Source of the DNA: Actinomycetes bacterium
GTDB lineage: Bacteria; Actinomycetota; Actinomycetes; JAHEKZ01
NCBI GenBank assembly: GCA_036274415.1
Contig: DASUFV010000072.1
Coordinates: 1-37,199, forward strand
DNA length: 37,199 nucleotides
Direction of reading: 5' to 3'
The notes beneath the pieces are model-generated. The model searched no databases, was not told where the DNA came from, and saw only the letters and a list, made by a program, of their open reading frames with translations. Shown one piece after another: positions 17,887 to 26,751 of the stretch. How positions within the stretch are numbered: the first letter of the stretch is position 1; the number at the start of each line of letters is the position of its first letter. The translations under genes and the position numbers were made by a program.

Positions 17887-17892
17887 ATGGTA
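17887..17892 (-). promoter_or_regulatory. Putative -10 hexamer (TACCAT) for valS
   Basis: This TANNNT hexamer on the minus strand lies 8 nt upstream of the ATG at 17878. No Shine-Dalgarno sequence is present. The transcript could be leaderless or nearly so. Confidence 0.25.
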
Positions 17893-17909
17893 GAGAAGGG
17901 CCACGTCCC

Positions 17910-17915
17910 TAGACT
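17910..17915 (+). promoter_or_regulatory. Putative -10 hexamer (TAGACT) for a leaderless folC transcript
   Basis: The TAGACT hexamer ends 6 nt before the GTG start at 17922. No Shine-Dalgarno sequence is present. Confidence 0.3.
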
Positions 17916-17921
17916 CACCAC

Positions 17922-19286
17922 GTGACCAGTGAGGGCGACGACGCAACCCGGATCGACGAGGCCGAGCGGCTCTTGGCGCTCGAGCTGGAGCTCATCCGAC
18001 GCGCGCCGGAGTCCCAGATCGAACCGACCCTTGATCGAGTGCAGAAGGCGCTCGATCTGATGGGCAACCCAGAACGTGCCTACCCGACCATTCACGTCGC
18101 AGGAACGAACGGGAAGTCGTCGACCGCCGCGATGGTCGACTCGCTACTCACCGCGTACGGGGTTCGTACCGGACGATTCACCAGCCCGCACCTCGAGACG
18201 CTCCGGGAGCGGATCCGCCTCGATGGTGAGCTGATCGACTCCGGGCGGCTGCTGGCCGCGTGGGAAGACCTCGCGTCGATCCTCGCCATCGTGGAGTCCG
18301 ACGGCGGGCGTCAACTGACGTACTTCGAGGTCGTCACCCTGCTGGCGTTCGTGGCGTTCGCGGACACCCCTGTCTCCGTCGGCATCCTGGAAGTCGGTCT
18401 CGGCGGCCGCTGGGACGCCACGAACGTCATCGAACCGAAGGTCGGCGTCATCATGCCGATCGGCCTCGACCACACCGACTGGCTCGGCGACGACCTGGCG
18501 ACCATCGCCGGGGAGAAGGCCGGAATCATCAAGCCGGGCCAGATCACCGTCGTTGCCGGACAAGATCCAGAGGCGACCGATGTGCTCGTCGAACGGTCCG
18601 CCGCTGTGGGCGCGACGTTGGTGCGTGAGGGCGTCGACTACGGATTGGTCGATCGACAGGTTGCTGTAGGGGGCCAGCAGCTGACCATCAGAGGAATTGG
18701 CGGTGTCTATCAGGACGTGTTCCTGCCGCTGTTCGGAGAACACATGGCGCGCAACGCCGCCACTGCGCTGGTCGCCGTGGAGATGTTCCTCGGCGGGGGA
18801 GCTGGAGCCTTGGACGCCGAGGTGGTCGAGCAAGGCTTTGCTGCAGTCAGCGTCCCTGGCCGCCTGGAGGTGATTCGCCGGAGCCCCACGGTCCTGCTCG
18901 ACGTGGCCCACAACCCGCACGGCGCTGCGGCACTGGTTGAAGCCGTCGCCGAGGCGTTCAGCTTCCAAAGGCTGGTCGGCGTTGTCGCCGTTCTCGGCGA
19001 CAAGGACGCGGCGGGGCTGTTGACCGAGCTCGAGCCGCTCCTCGACGAGATCGTGATCACCCAGTCGTCATCTCCACGAGCCATCGACGCCGACGACCTC
19101 GGATCGCTCGCGTCCGAAGTGTTCGGATCCGAGCGCGTGACCGTGATGCCGTCACTTCCGGACGCCATCGAGGCCGGTGTGACGGCCGCGGAGTCCGAAG
19201 GCGACCTGGAGGGGGCAGGGGTCCTGGTCACCGGATCGGTCACCGTCGTCGGCGAGGCGCGCACACTGCTGCGTCGTCGTCGTTGA
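17922..19286 (+). CDS. folC: Bifunctional folylpolyglutamate synthase / dihydrofolate synthase
   Basis: The product has a Mur-ligase-type P-loop, HVAGTNGKSSTAAM, and the overall FolC architecture. It sits in the conserved valS-folC-ndk neighbourhood. Confidence 0.9.
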   Translation: MTSEGDDATRIDEAERLLALELELIRRAPESQIEPTLDRVQKALDLMGNPERAYPTIHVAGTNGKSSTAAMVDSLLTAYGVRTGRFTSPHLETLRERIRLDGELIDSGRLLAAWEDLASILAIVESDGGRQLTYFEVVTLLAFVAFADTPVSVGILEVGLGGRWDATNVIEPKVGVIMPIGLDHTDWLGDDLATIAGEKAGIIKPGQITVVAGQDPEATDVLVERSAAVGATLVREGVDYGLVDRQVAVGGQQLTIRGIGGVYQDVFLPLFGEHMARNAATALVAVEMFLGGGAGALDAEVVEQGFAAVSVPGRLEVIRRSPTVLLDVAHNPHGAAALVEAVAEAFSFQRLVGVVAVLGDKDAAGLLTELEPLLDEIVITQSSSPRAIDADDLGSLASEVFGSERVTVMPSLPDAIEAGVTAAESEGDLEGAGVLVTGSVTVVGEARTLLRRRR

Positions 19287-19304
19287 GTCGGGGAGACTTC
19301 TCAC

Positions 19305-19673
19305 ATGCGCGTCATCGCGTCCAGCGTCTTGGTCTTCGAAGCGATCGTCGTTGTGCTCGCCATCCCCGTGGCCATCACGCTCGGCGACGTGGACGGAGCT
19401 GTCGCAGGAATCGTTGGTGGCGCGTTGGCACTTCTCTGCTTCGTCGTCGCAGGGTCGCTGCGGCGTCCATGGGGATACACCGCGGGCTGGGTGCTGCAAG
19501 GTCTGATCCTCGCCAGCGGTTTCGTGGTGCACGCCATGTTCTTCGTCGGCGGTTTGTTCGTGGCCTTGTGGTGCATCGGCTTGATGGTGGGCCGCCGCGG
19601 TGAGCAGCTGCACGCGCAGCGATGGGCGGGCGTCGATGACCCTCGTCAGCCACCGACGGACGCGGCTGGCTAG
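19305..19673 (+). CDS. DUF4233-type small integral membrane protein
   Basis: The product has three to four hydrophobic helices (MRVIASSVLVFEAIVVVLAIPVAI...). It occupies the conserved position between folC and ndk in Actinomycetota. Confidence 0.78.
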   Translation: MRVIASSVLVFEAIVVVLAIPVAITLGDVDGAVAGIVGGALALLCFVVAGSLRRPWGYTAGWVLQGLILASGFVVHAMFFVGGLFVALWCIGLMVGRRGEQLHAQRWAGVDDPRQPPTDAAG

Positions 19674-19712
19674 AGTTTCGCCCGACTTTCCGTACCTCAC
19701 CGGGAGAATCTC

Positions 19713-20120
19713 GTGTCTGAACGCACCCTCGTACTCGTCAAGCCGGACGGCGTTCGCCGGGGTCTCGTTGGTGAGGTTCTTTCACGGATCGAACGCAAGG
19801 GCTACGACCTGATTGCGCTGGAGATGCGCACTCTCGACCGCGCAACGGCCGAGGCTCACTATGGAGAGCACGCCGACAAGCCGTTCTTCGGCGACCTGGT
19901 CGAGTTCATCACCGGCGGCCCACTCGTTGCTGCGGTCATCGAGGGCCCGGACGCCATCGAGGCGTGGCGGACGATGATGGGCGTGACGAATCCCATCAAG
20001 TCCGCACCTGGCACCATCCGCGGCGACTTTGCCAACGTGATGACCGAGAACCTGGTTCACGGCTCTGACTCGCCGGAGTCGGCGTCCCGTGAGATCGCCC
20101 TGTTCTTCCCGTCCCTCTGA
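19713..20120 (+). CDS. ndk: Nucleoside-diphosphate kinase
   Basis: The product begins [29 protein letters not shown] and contains the active-site motif NLVHGSDS. The start is a GTG preceded by GGGAGA. Confidence 0.96.
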   Translation: MSERTLVLVKPDGVRRGLVGEVLSRIERKGYDLIALEMRTLDRATAEAHYGEHADKPFFGDLVEFITGGPLVAAVIEGPDAIEAWRTMMGVTNPIKSAPGTIRGDFANVMTENLVHGSDSPESASREIALFFPSL

Positions 20121-20402
20121 CGCACGTCCGCACAGGGTCTCCACTCCTCCGTCACCTTCCACCTTCGCTGCTGTTCTCTGCGCCTCATCGCGCCTCATCG
20201 CGCCCAGAGGAGCCGAGGGGACAGGTTTGGCGCCGGAAAGGGCTGGAGACGGTCCCTTCACCTCCTCTCGGCGTGAGGTCCGAATGGATCGGTGGCGGCT
20301 TGGGGCGTGCGGCGGACGCCGATTCGCGAGTTTGGGGAGCGGCAGATCTCACGGGTATCGTGAGCCGCTGATGCCCGCTTCCCCGTCCTTGGAAGAGACC
20401 CC

Positions 20403-21431
20403 ATGAGCAACATGTCGTTCATCGGCCGTGACATGGCCGTCGACCTTGGCACTGCCAATACGTTGGTGTACGTCCGCGGACGCGGCGTCGTCCTCAACGA
20501 GCCGTCGGTCGTCGCGATCAACCAGGCGTCCGGTGGCATCCTCGCGGTCGGCGCTGAGGCCAAGAAGATGATCGGGCGTACGCCAGGCAACATTGTGGCG
20601 ATCCGGCCACTGAAGGATGGCGTCATCGCCGACTTCGACACCACCGAGCGCATGCTCCGGTACTTCATCCAGAAGGTGCACCGTCGCCGCCACTTGGCCA
20701 AGCCGCGAATCGTCGTGTGCGTGCCGAGCGGAATCACCGGCGTCGAGCAGCGGGCAGTCAAGGACGCTGGCTACGCGGCGGGTGCCCGCAAGGTGTACAT
20801 CATCGAAGAGCCGATGGCTGCTGCGATCGGCTCCGGCCTTCCGGTACACGAGCCGACCGGAAACATGGTCGTCGACATCGGCGGTGGCACGACTGAAGTT
20901 GCTGTCATCTCGCTCGGCGGCATCGTGACCGCGCAGAGCATCCGCATCGGCGGTGACGAGCTCGACAACGCGATCATTCAGTACGTCAAGAAGGAGTACT
21001 CGCTCCTCTTGGGTGAGCGCACTGCTGAGGAAATCAAGATGGCGATCGGCTCGGCGTTCCCGATTCCGGACGAGCCGCACGCCGAGATTCGCGGTCGCGA
21101 CCTCGTGTCTGGTCTTCCGAAGACGATCGTCGTGTCGGCCGAAGAGATCCGAAAGGCGCTCGAAGAGCCGGTCAACCAGATCGTCGACGCGGTCAAGACC
21201 ACACTCGACAAGTGCCCGCCGGAACTGTCCGGCGACGTGATGGACCGCGGCATCGTGCTGACCGGTGGTGGTGCGCTGCTGAAGGGTCTGGACGAGCGGC
21301 TCAAGCACGAGACCGGCATGCCCATCCTGATCGCCGACAACCCCCTCGACTCGGTGGCCATGGGTTCGGGCAAGTGCGTCGAGGAGTTCGAGGCGCTGCA
21401 GCAGGTCCTCATCTCCGAACCACGTCGCTAG
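20403..21431 (+). CDS. mreB: Rod shape-determining protein MreB (actin homologue)
   Basis: The product contains [29 protein letters not shown]...[16 protein letters not shown]...[13 protein letters not shown]. Confidence 0.96.
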   Translation: MSNMSFIGRDMAVDLGTANTLVYVRGRGVVLNEPSVVAINQASGGILAVGAEAKKMIGRTPGNIVAIRPLKDGVIADFDTTERMLRYFIQKVHRRRHLAKPRIVVCVPSGITGVEQRAVKDAGYAAGARKVYIIEEPMAAAIGSGLPVHEPTGNMVVDIGGGTTEVAVISLGGIVTAQSIRIGGDELDNAIIQYVKKEYSLLLGERTAEEIKMAIGSAFPIPDEPHAEIRGRDLVSGLPKTIVVSAEEIRKALEEPVNQIVDAVKTTLDKCPPELSGDVMDRGIVLTGGGALLKGLDERLKHETGMPILIADNPLDSVAMGSGKCVEEFEALQQVLISEPRR

Positions 21432-21558
21432 CCACCCACCCACCCCTCCGGCCACATCGCCGAAACGTGGACTCTCGTCGGCGTCCCCTCGTTTGGAATC
21501 TGCATCAGGGGGTTGGACGCGGCACGGTCGAACGAGCGTCGCGTAGGGTGCCGGTTCG

Positions 21559-22500
21559 ATGAGGGACACCCGGCGGACGCGCATCGTGTTAGCGGTGCTG
21601 CTGCTGACCGCGTTCACCTTCATCACGCTGGACGCGCGGGGCGGGGAAGGCTCGGTGATGGACCGCCTGCGCGAGTCCGCGTCCTCCGTGCTCGGACCCA
21701 TCGAGCGGGCAGCCGGTGCGGTCGTCAACCCGGTGTCGGACTTCATCGACGGGCTGACATCGATCAACTCCAACGCCGAGACCATCGACCAGCTCGAAGC
21801 TGAGAACGCCGAGCTGCGTCGCCAACTGTTGACCACCGATCTCGATCGCGCTCGTGTCGAAGAGCTCGACAAGCTGCTCGGGATTCCGTCGCTCGGGAAC
21901 TACGAGATCGTGCCGGCACAGGTGATTGGAGTATCGGCTGAGGTCGGTTATGCAAGATCAGTGACGGTAGACGCCGGAACACGCGATGGCATCCAACGCG
22001 ACATGACTGTGCTCAACGGTGACGGGCTAGTCGGTCGTGTGGTCGCCGCTGGGCCGACCACGGCGACTGTTCTGTTGCTCAGTGATCCCGAGTTCTCCGT
22101 CGGTGCTCGGGTCGCGTCCTCACAAGAGATGGGCATCCTGCATGGCAACGGTGCTGAGCCACTGACGCTCGAGCTGTACAGCGGTCAGGCCGCGATCAGT
22201 GAGGGCGACGACATCTTCACAACGGGGAGCAAGAACAATCGACCGTTCGTCCCGGGTGTCCCGATCGGTGACGTCACTGAAGTGATCGCGACTCCTGGTG
22301 CGCTGTCGCGACAGGCGGTCGTCGAACCGTTCGCCAACCTCACCGCTCTGAACGTTGTCGGAATCGTGATCGAGGCTCCGCGACACGCTCGGCGGCAGCC
22401 CCTCGTTCAGCCGACTCCCAGCCCGTCGCCGACCCCGACCACCAGTCCGTCCACGTCGGCCAGCCCCAGCGCCACACCCGGCGCGTCACCCTCACCCTGA
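21559..22500 (+). CDS. mreC: Rod shape-determining protein MreC
   Basis: The product has an N-terminal transmembrane helix, a coiled-coil region (IDQLEAENAELRRQL) and a beta-barrel region (VLNGDGLVGRVV...). It ends in a Pro/Ser/Thr-rich tail. It follows mreB. Confidence 0.88.
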   Translation: MRDTRRTRIVLAVLLLTAFTFITLDARGGEGSVMDRLRESASSVLGPIERAAGAVVNPVSDFIDGLTSINSNAETIDQLEAENAELRRQLLTTDLDRARVEELDKLLGIPSLGNYEIVPAQVIGVSAEVGYARSVTVDAGTRDGIQRDMTVLNGDGLVGRVVAAGPTTATVLLLSDPEFSVGARVASSQEMGILHGNGAEPLTLELYSGQAAISEGDDIFTTGSKNNRPFVPGVPIGDVTEVIATPGALSRQAVVEPFANLTALNVVGIVIEAPRHARRQPLVQPTPSPSPTPTTSPSTSASPSATPGASPSP

Positions 22501-22510
22501 GGTTGAGGTC

Positions 22511-23023
22511 GTGTCCGCCAGTCGTGTGCTGCTCTGTGTCGCGCTGGTGTTGACCGCTGCCGTGCTGCAGGTCACGGTCGTCAACCGCCTGCCCCTGCCT
22601 GGAGCGGGCCCCGACCTGGTGCTCCTGGTCGTGATCGGGATCGCGCTGGTGGTGGGGCCGACCGCTGCGGCGTCCATCGGGTTCGGCGCGGGTCTGCTGG
22701 TCGACCTCATGCCGCCGACAGCGACGGAGGTCGGACGCTGGGCCCTGGTGTTCTGCGTCGTGGGATACCTCGCCGGCCAGGTGCAGCTGGACGTGCGGCG
22801 CTCAGTGTGGGTGGTGATGGCAGCTGTTGCGGGGCTGTCGGCGGTGTCGGTCCTGCTGTTCGCCGGTCTCGGCCTCCTGTTCGGTGACGAGCGCATCGAG
22901 GCGTCCATCGTCGTGTCCGCAACCGTGTCGACGGTTCTGTACGATCTGTTGTTGGCTCCCTTCGTGATTCCCGGCGTCATGGCACTCACTCGACGGACCG
23001 CGATCAACTCCGCGATGCCTTAG
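22511..23023 (+). CDS. mreD: Rod shape-determining protein MreD
   Basis: This is a polytopic membrane protein of 170 aa placed immediately after mreC. The start is a GTG preceded by GAGG. Confidence 0.8.
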   Translation: MSASRVLLCVALVLTAAVLQVTVVNRLPLPGAGPDLVLLVVIGIALVVGPTAAASIGFGAGLLVDLMPPTATEVGRWALVFCVVGYLAGQVQLDVRRSVWVVMAAVAGLSAVSVLLFAGLGLLFGDERIEASIVVSATVSTVLYDLLLAPFVIPGVMALTRRTAINSAMP

Positions 23024-23168
23024 CGGACGGTTGTGACCGGCATCACGACGTTGACGCGGAACGCGAGACCATGCACCGCCGTCGATCGGCAGGGGCGCCA
23101 CCTGAGTAGCCGACCAGCCGTAGAGGCCGAGAGCCGTAGAACAGCGTGCATTGCGCTGAGGAGACAAG

Positions 23169-25400
23169 GTGACCAACCGTTCGCGGACGCGCCTCGTGGT
23201 GCTCCAGGTGTTGGTCCTGTCGTTGCTCGCTGCGCTCGTAGGGCGCCTCTGGTACATGCAGGTCGTGGCCGGGCATGAGTACGCGGCCGAGGCTTCGGAG
23301 AACCGGATTCGCGAGGTGGTCACCCCGGCAGTACGGGGTGCAATCCTCGACGACCGAGGCCGCCCTCTGGTGCAGAACCGCACGTCGTTGGTCGTCTCGG
23401 TCGACCGCTCAGTGCTGCTCGATCTGCCGGATGACGGAGAGAAGGTCGTTCGCAAGCTCGCGACCGTTCTTGGCATCAAGCAGAGTCAGCTCGAGCGGCA
23501 GTTGACGCTCTGTGGCGCACCCGATGCCGCAAAGCCTCCGGTCTGTTGGAACGGGTCTCCTTACCAACCGATCCCGGTAGCCGAAGACGTGCCCACCGAC
23601 ACTGCACTCGAAGTGATGGAGCGCAGCGAAGAGTTCCCCGGCGTCACCGCAGACATGACGGGCATTCGTGACTACCCCCAGCCGTATGGTGCGCGCGCTG
23701 CACAGGTGCTCGGTTACGTCGGCCCGATCAGTGCAGAAGAGCTCGAGGCGGCTGAGCAAGCAGAGGGACGCCGGGGCAGCACGTACACGAACTTCGACAT
23801 CGTGGGAAAGGCCGGTCTCGAGCAGGTCTATGACGACTACCTCCGGGGGCGTCCAGGCATCAAGAAGCTGGCGGTCGACTCGGCCGGAAATGTGACGGGC
23901 ACGGTCGCTGAACGCCGGGCCCAGCCCGGAAACCACCTGGTCACGAGCATCGACGCCCACGTGCAGAAGGTCGTCGAGGACCAGTTGAAGGCGGCCATCG
24001 AGCGCGCCCACCAGCCGGGCGCCAACGGTACCGAGCGCTCGTATCCCGCTGACACCGGCGCGGCGGTCGTCATGGAGGTCGACACCGGTCGGGTCGTCGC
24101 GATGGCGAGCTATCCCGACTACGACCCGTCCATCTGGGTGGGCGGTGTCAGCAACAAGCAGTACCGGCAGCTCACTAATGACAAGTCGAACTATCCGTTC
24201 CTCAACCGCGCGATCTCAGGTGAGTACGCGCCGGCTTCAACCTTCAAGGTCGTGACCGCGTCGGCAGCTGCCGCCGCCGGTTTCGCACTCAACGGGCTGT
24301 ACGAGTGCGCGGAGAGCTTCACGCCACCCGGCTCGACTCAGGTCTTCACGAATTTCGAAGCGGGCATGAACGAGATGATGACGGTCGGTCGTGCGATCGA
24401 GGTGTCGTGTAACACCGTCTTCTTCAAGCTCGCCTATGACATGTACGTGAACGAGGGTGGGCTCGACGCCGGGCCGAACGCTCCCGAGTACCTCTTCAAC
24501 ACCGCGTCCAGTTTCGGCTACGGGAAGAAGACGGGCATCGACCTTCCCGGCGAGGCCGATGGACGCGTCCCGGATCGCGAGTGGCGTCAGGAGTACTGGG
24601 AGGCCAACAAGGACACCTACTGCAACTTCGAGAAGGAGGCATCACCCCAGGAGCTGGCCAGCGACTACCTGCGTCAGCTCAACGCCGAGTTGTGCGTCGA
24701 CGGATATCAGATGCGTCCTGGAGATGCGATCCAGGCGGCGATCGGTCAAGGAGACGTGCTCGCGACACCACTGCAGGTGGCACGCGCGTACGCGGCGATC
24801 GCCAATGGGGGCACCTTGTACAAGCCGCGGGTGGCCAAAGCCGTGATGACCCCGGACGGCAAGGTGGTCAAGAAGTTCGCACCTAAGGCGCAGGGCAAGG
24901 TCGGGGCGTCGCAGGAGACCCTGGCCTACATCCGGAGCGCCTTGGCGAACGTGCCTGTGCAGGGATCGGCGTCCTACCGTTACGCCGACTTCCCACTGAC
25001 CGAGATCCCAGTCGCGGCTAAGACTGGTACTGGTCAGGTTGGCGACAATGAGCCGACCACTTCCTGGTACGCCTCATATGCACCGGCGAACAACCCCAAG
25101 TACGTCGTCGTGATGACGGTGCCCGAGGGCGGCACCGGCTCGGGCACCTCCGCTCCCAGCGTCAACGAGATCTACCGCGCGCTGTTCGGCATCGAAGGCA
25201 TGACGGTTGACCCGAAGCGGGCCGTCCTGCCGCATGGACGTCCCGTCGAGGAACTGCCGACCATCAACCCGGACGGCACGATCGAGATCCCCAAGGACGA
25301 TGGGCTGCCCGGGTCGAAGCAAACCGGGATCCCGGTCGTTCCCGCCGACAACAAGAATCCGAAGAAGCAGAACCGACGGCGTCCGCGGGGCAGTCCATGA
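23169..25400 (+). CDS. mrdA: Penicillin-binding protein 2 (elongasome class B transpeptidase)
   Basis: The product has an N-terminal transmembrane anchor and three transpeptidase motifs: STFK (PASTFKVV), SCN (EVSCNT) and KTGT (AAKTGTGQ). Its stop overlaps the rodA start (ATGA). Confidence 0.9.
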   Translation: MTNRSRTRLVVLQVLVLSLLAALVGRLWYMQVVAGHEYAAEASENRIREVVTPAVRGAILDDRGRPLVQNRTSLVVSVDRSVLLDLPDDGEKVVRKLATVLGIKQSQLERQLTLCGAPDAAKPPVCWNGSPYQPIPVAEDVPTDTALEVMERSEEFPGVTADMTGIRDYPQPYGARAAQVLGYVGPISAEELEAAEQAEGRRGSTYTNFDIVGKAGLEQVYDDYLRGRPGIKKLAVDSAGNVTGTVAERRAQPGNHLVTSIDAHVQKVVEDQLKAAIERAHQPGANGTERSYPADTGAAVVMEVDTGRVVAMASYPDYDPSIWVGGVSNKQYRQLTNDKSNYPFLNRAISGEYAPASTFKVVTASAAAAAGFALNGLYECAESFTPPGSTQVFTNFEAGMNEMMTVGRAIEVSCNTVFFKLAYDMYVNEGGLDAGPNAPEYLFNTASSFGYGKKTGIDLPGEADGRVPDREWRQEYWEANKDTYCNFEKEASPQELASDYLRQLNAELCVDGYQMRPGDAIQAAIGQGDVLATPLQVARAYAAIANGGTLYKPRVAKAVMTPDGKVVKKFAPKAQGKVGASQETLAYIRSALANVPVQGSASYRYADFPLTEIPVAAKTGTGQVGDNEPTTSWYASYAPANNPKYVVVMTVPEGGTGSGTSAPSVNEIYRALFGIEGMTVDPKRAVLPHGRPVEELPTINPDGTIEIPKDDGLPGSKQTGIPVVPADNKNPKKQNRRRPRGSP

Positions 25401-26578
25401 CCCTCGGCTACCCGCAAACCATCGCGCCGCCGCGACGTCGGCGTTCGTTGGTGTCGCGCGCAACGGGACGCGACTCGCTGCTGCGACGCTTCGACTGGGT
25501 GCTGTTCCTCGCAGCTTTGGGTCTCAGCCTCGCCGGTGCTGTGTTCGTCTACTCGGCAACGCGGATCGTGCCCCCCGACGGCGACCCCCAGGCATTCCTC
25601 AAGCGTCACCTGCTGAACCTGGTCATCGGCCTGGCGCTCGGCTTCGTCACGATGATGTTCGACTATCGGACGCTGCGCGCCTATGCCCCGTTCGTCTACG
25701 TGGCGTCGCTCATCGGATTGGTCGCCGTACTCGTCGTCGGCACCGAACTGAACGGAGCGCAGGCCTGGATCCAACTGCCTGGCGGTTTCTCGATCCAGCC
25801 ATCGGAGTTCATGAAGGTGGCCCTCTGCGTTGGCCTCGCCATGCTCTTGGCAGAACGAAGAGATGGGGAGACCGAACCGCAGCTGAACGACGTGGCGTTC
25901 GCTTTGCTGATTGCTGCTGTCCCGCTGGGTCTCGTGATGCTCCAGCCCGACCTCGGCACCGCCGTGGTGATGGGCATGATCGTGCTCGGCATCCTCGCCG
26001 TCGCAGGAACTCGACTGTCGTGGCTGGTTGCGTTGCTGGCGCTCGGCGCCATCGGCGCATTCATCGCGATCCAGGTCGGAGTGCTCGACCAGTACCAGAT
26101 CGACCGCTTGCTCGCGTTCACCAACCCTGAGCTGGATCCGCAGGGTGTCGGCTACAACACGAACCAGGCGTTCATCACGATCGGATCTGGCCGAATCTTC
26201 GGGCTGGGGATCTTCCAAGGAACGCAAACCGGAGGCGGCTTCGTTCCCGAGCAGCAGACCGACTTCATCTTCACCGTGGTCGGCGAAGAGCTGGGATTTG
26301 TCGGCAGCGCTGGTCTGGTCGTCCTGTTCGGCGTCCTGCTGTGGCGTGCGATGCGTATCGCGATGCGCGCAGAGGATCTGTTCGGCACGCTGATGGCGAC
26401 CGGGATCGTGTGCTGGTTCACGTTCCAGATGTTCCAGAACATCGGAATGGCCGTGGGGATCATGCCGGTCACCGGCGTCCCGCTGCCTTTCGTGTCCTAC
26501 GGCGGCACCAGCATGTTCGCCAACTGGATGGCGATCGGGCTGCTCGAGAACGTGCACCTACGCCGGTCCGTCCGCTAA
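25397..26578 (+). CDS. rodA: Peptidoglycan glycosyltransferase RodA (SEDS family)
   Basis: The product shows the FtsW/RodA/SpoVE pattern of about 10 transmembrane helices. It contains ...QPSEFMKV...TDFIFTVVGEELGF...GVPLPFVSYGGTSM. Confidence 0.92.
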   Translation: MTLGYPQTIAPPRRRRSLVSRATGRDSLLRRFDWVLFLAALGLSLAGAVFVYSATRIVPPDGDPQAFLKRHLLNLVIGLALGFVTMMFDYRTLRAYAPFVYVASLIGLVAVLVVGTELNGAQAWIQLPGGFSIQPSEFMKVALCVGLAMLLAERRDGETEPQLNDVAFALLIAAVPLGLVMLQPDLGTAVVMGMIVLGILAVAGTRLSWLVALLALGAIGAFIAIQVGVLDQYQIDRLLAFTNPELDPQGVGYNTNQAFITIGSGRIFGLGIFQGTQTGGGFVPEQQTDFIFTVVGEELGFVGSAGLVVLFGVLLWRAMRIAMRAEDLFGTLMATGIVCWFTFQMFQNIGMAVGIMPVTGVPLPFVSYGGTSMFANWMAIGLLENVHLRRSVR

Positions 26579-26581
26579 CCC

Positions 26582-26713
26582 CCCGCCGAGTGCACACCTG
26601 GTGGACGCCAGATCCCGCCGAGTGCACACATGGTGGACGCCGGGCGGCGTCGAGTGCAGCCCCACCCGTGCACTCGGTGGTCTAATCCGTCAACTGGGTG
26701 TGCACTCGGCGGG
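26582..26713. repeat. Cluster of five copies (three direct, two inverted) of a CGAGTGCA-centred unit in the rodA to radical-SAM spacer
   Basis: Two direct 28-mers, CCCGCCGAGTGCACAC(C/A)TGGTGGACGCC, lie at 26582-26609 and 26614-26641 with one mismatch. A partial direct copy, CGAGTGCA, lies at 26651-26658. Inverted copies lie at 26665-26680 and 26696-26713. The last one is perfectly complementary to 17 nt of copy 1 and 16 nt of copy 2. Confidence 0.85.
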
Positions 26714-26751
26714 AAGTAGGCTGGAGCGGTTCCCTTCCCCGGAGGTTTTCG

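Noticed and set aside
20349-21872. A very long antisense ORF (507 aa) opposite mreB. Similar cases are 25172..26557 (461 aa, opposite rodA), 28242..29549 (435 aa), 29326..30273 (315 aa) and 5110..5913.
   Set aside because: Their composition is Arg/Ser/Pro/Ala-rich with no motifs. Each lies exactly antisense to a gene with strong motifs. Stop-poor antisense frames are expected in high-GC DNA.
26600-26609. A DnaA-box-like GTGGAC core inside the repeats (TGGTGGACGCC).
   Set aside because: Only about 6 of 9 positions match the TTGTCCACA/TGTGGACAA box as I recall it. There is no AT-rich unwinding region and no dnaA/dnaN context.
26582-26641. Whether the two 28-nt direct repeats form a CRISPR array.
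   Set aside because: There are only two full copies, separated by 4 nt with no real spacers. Inverted copies of the same unit are adjacent. No cas genes are present in the window.
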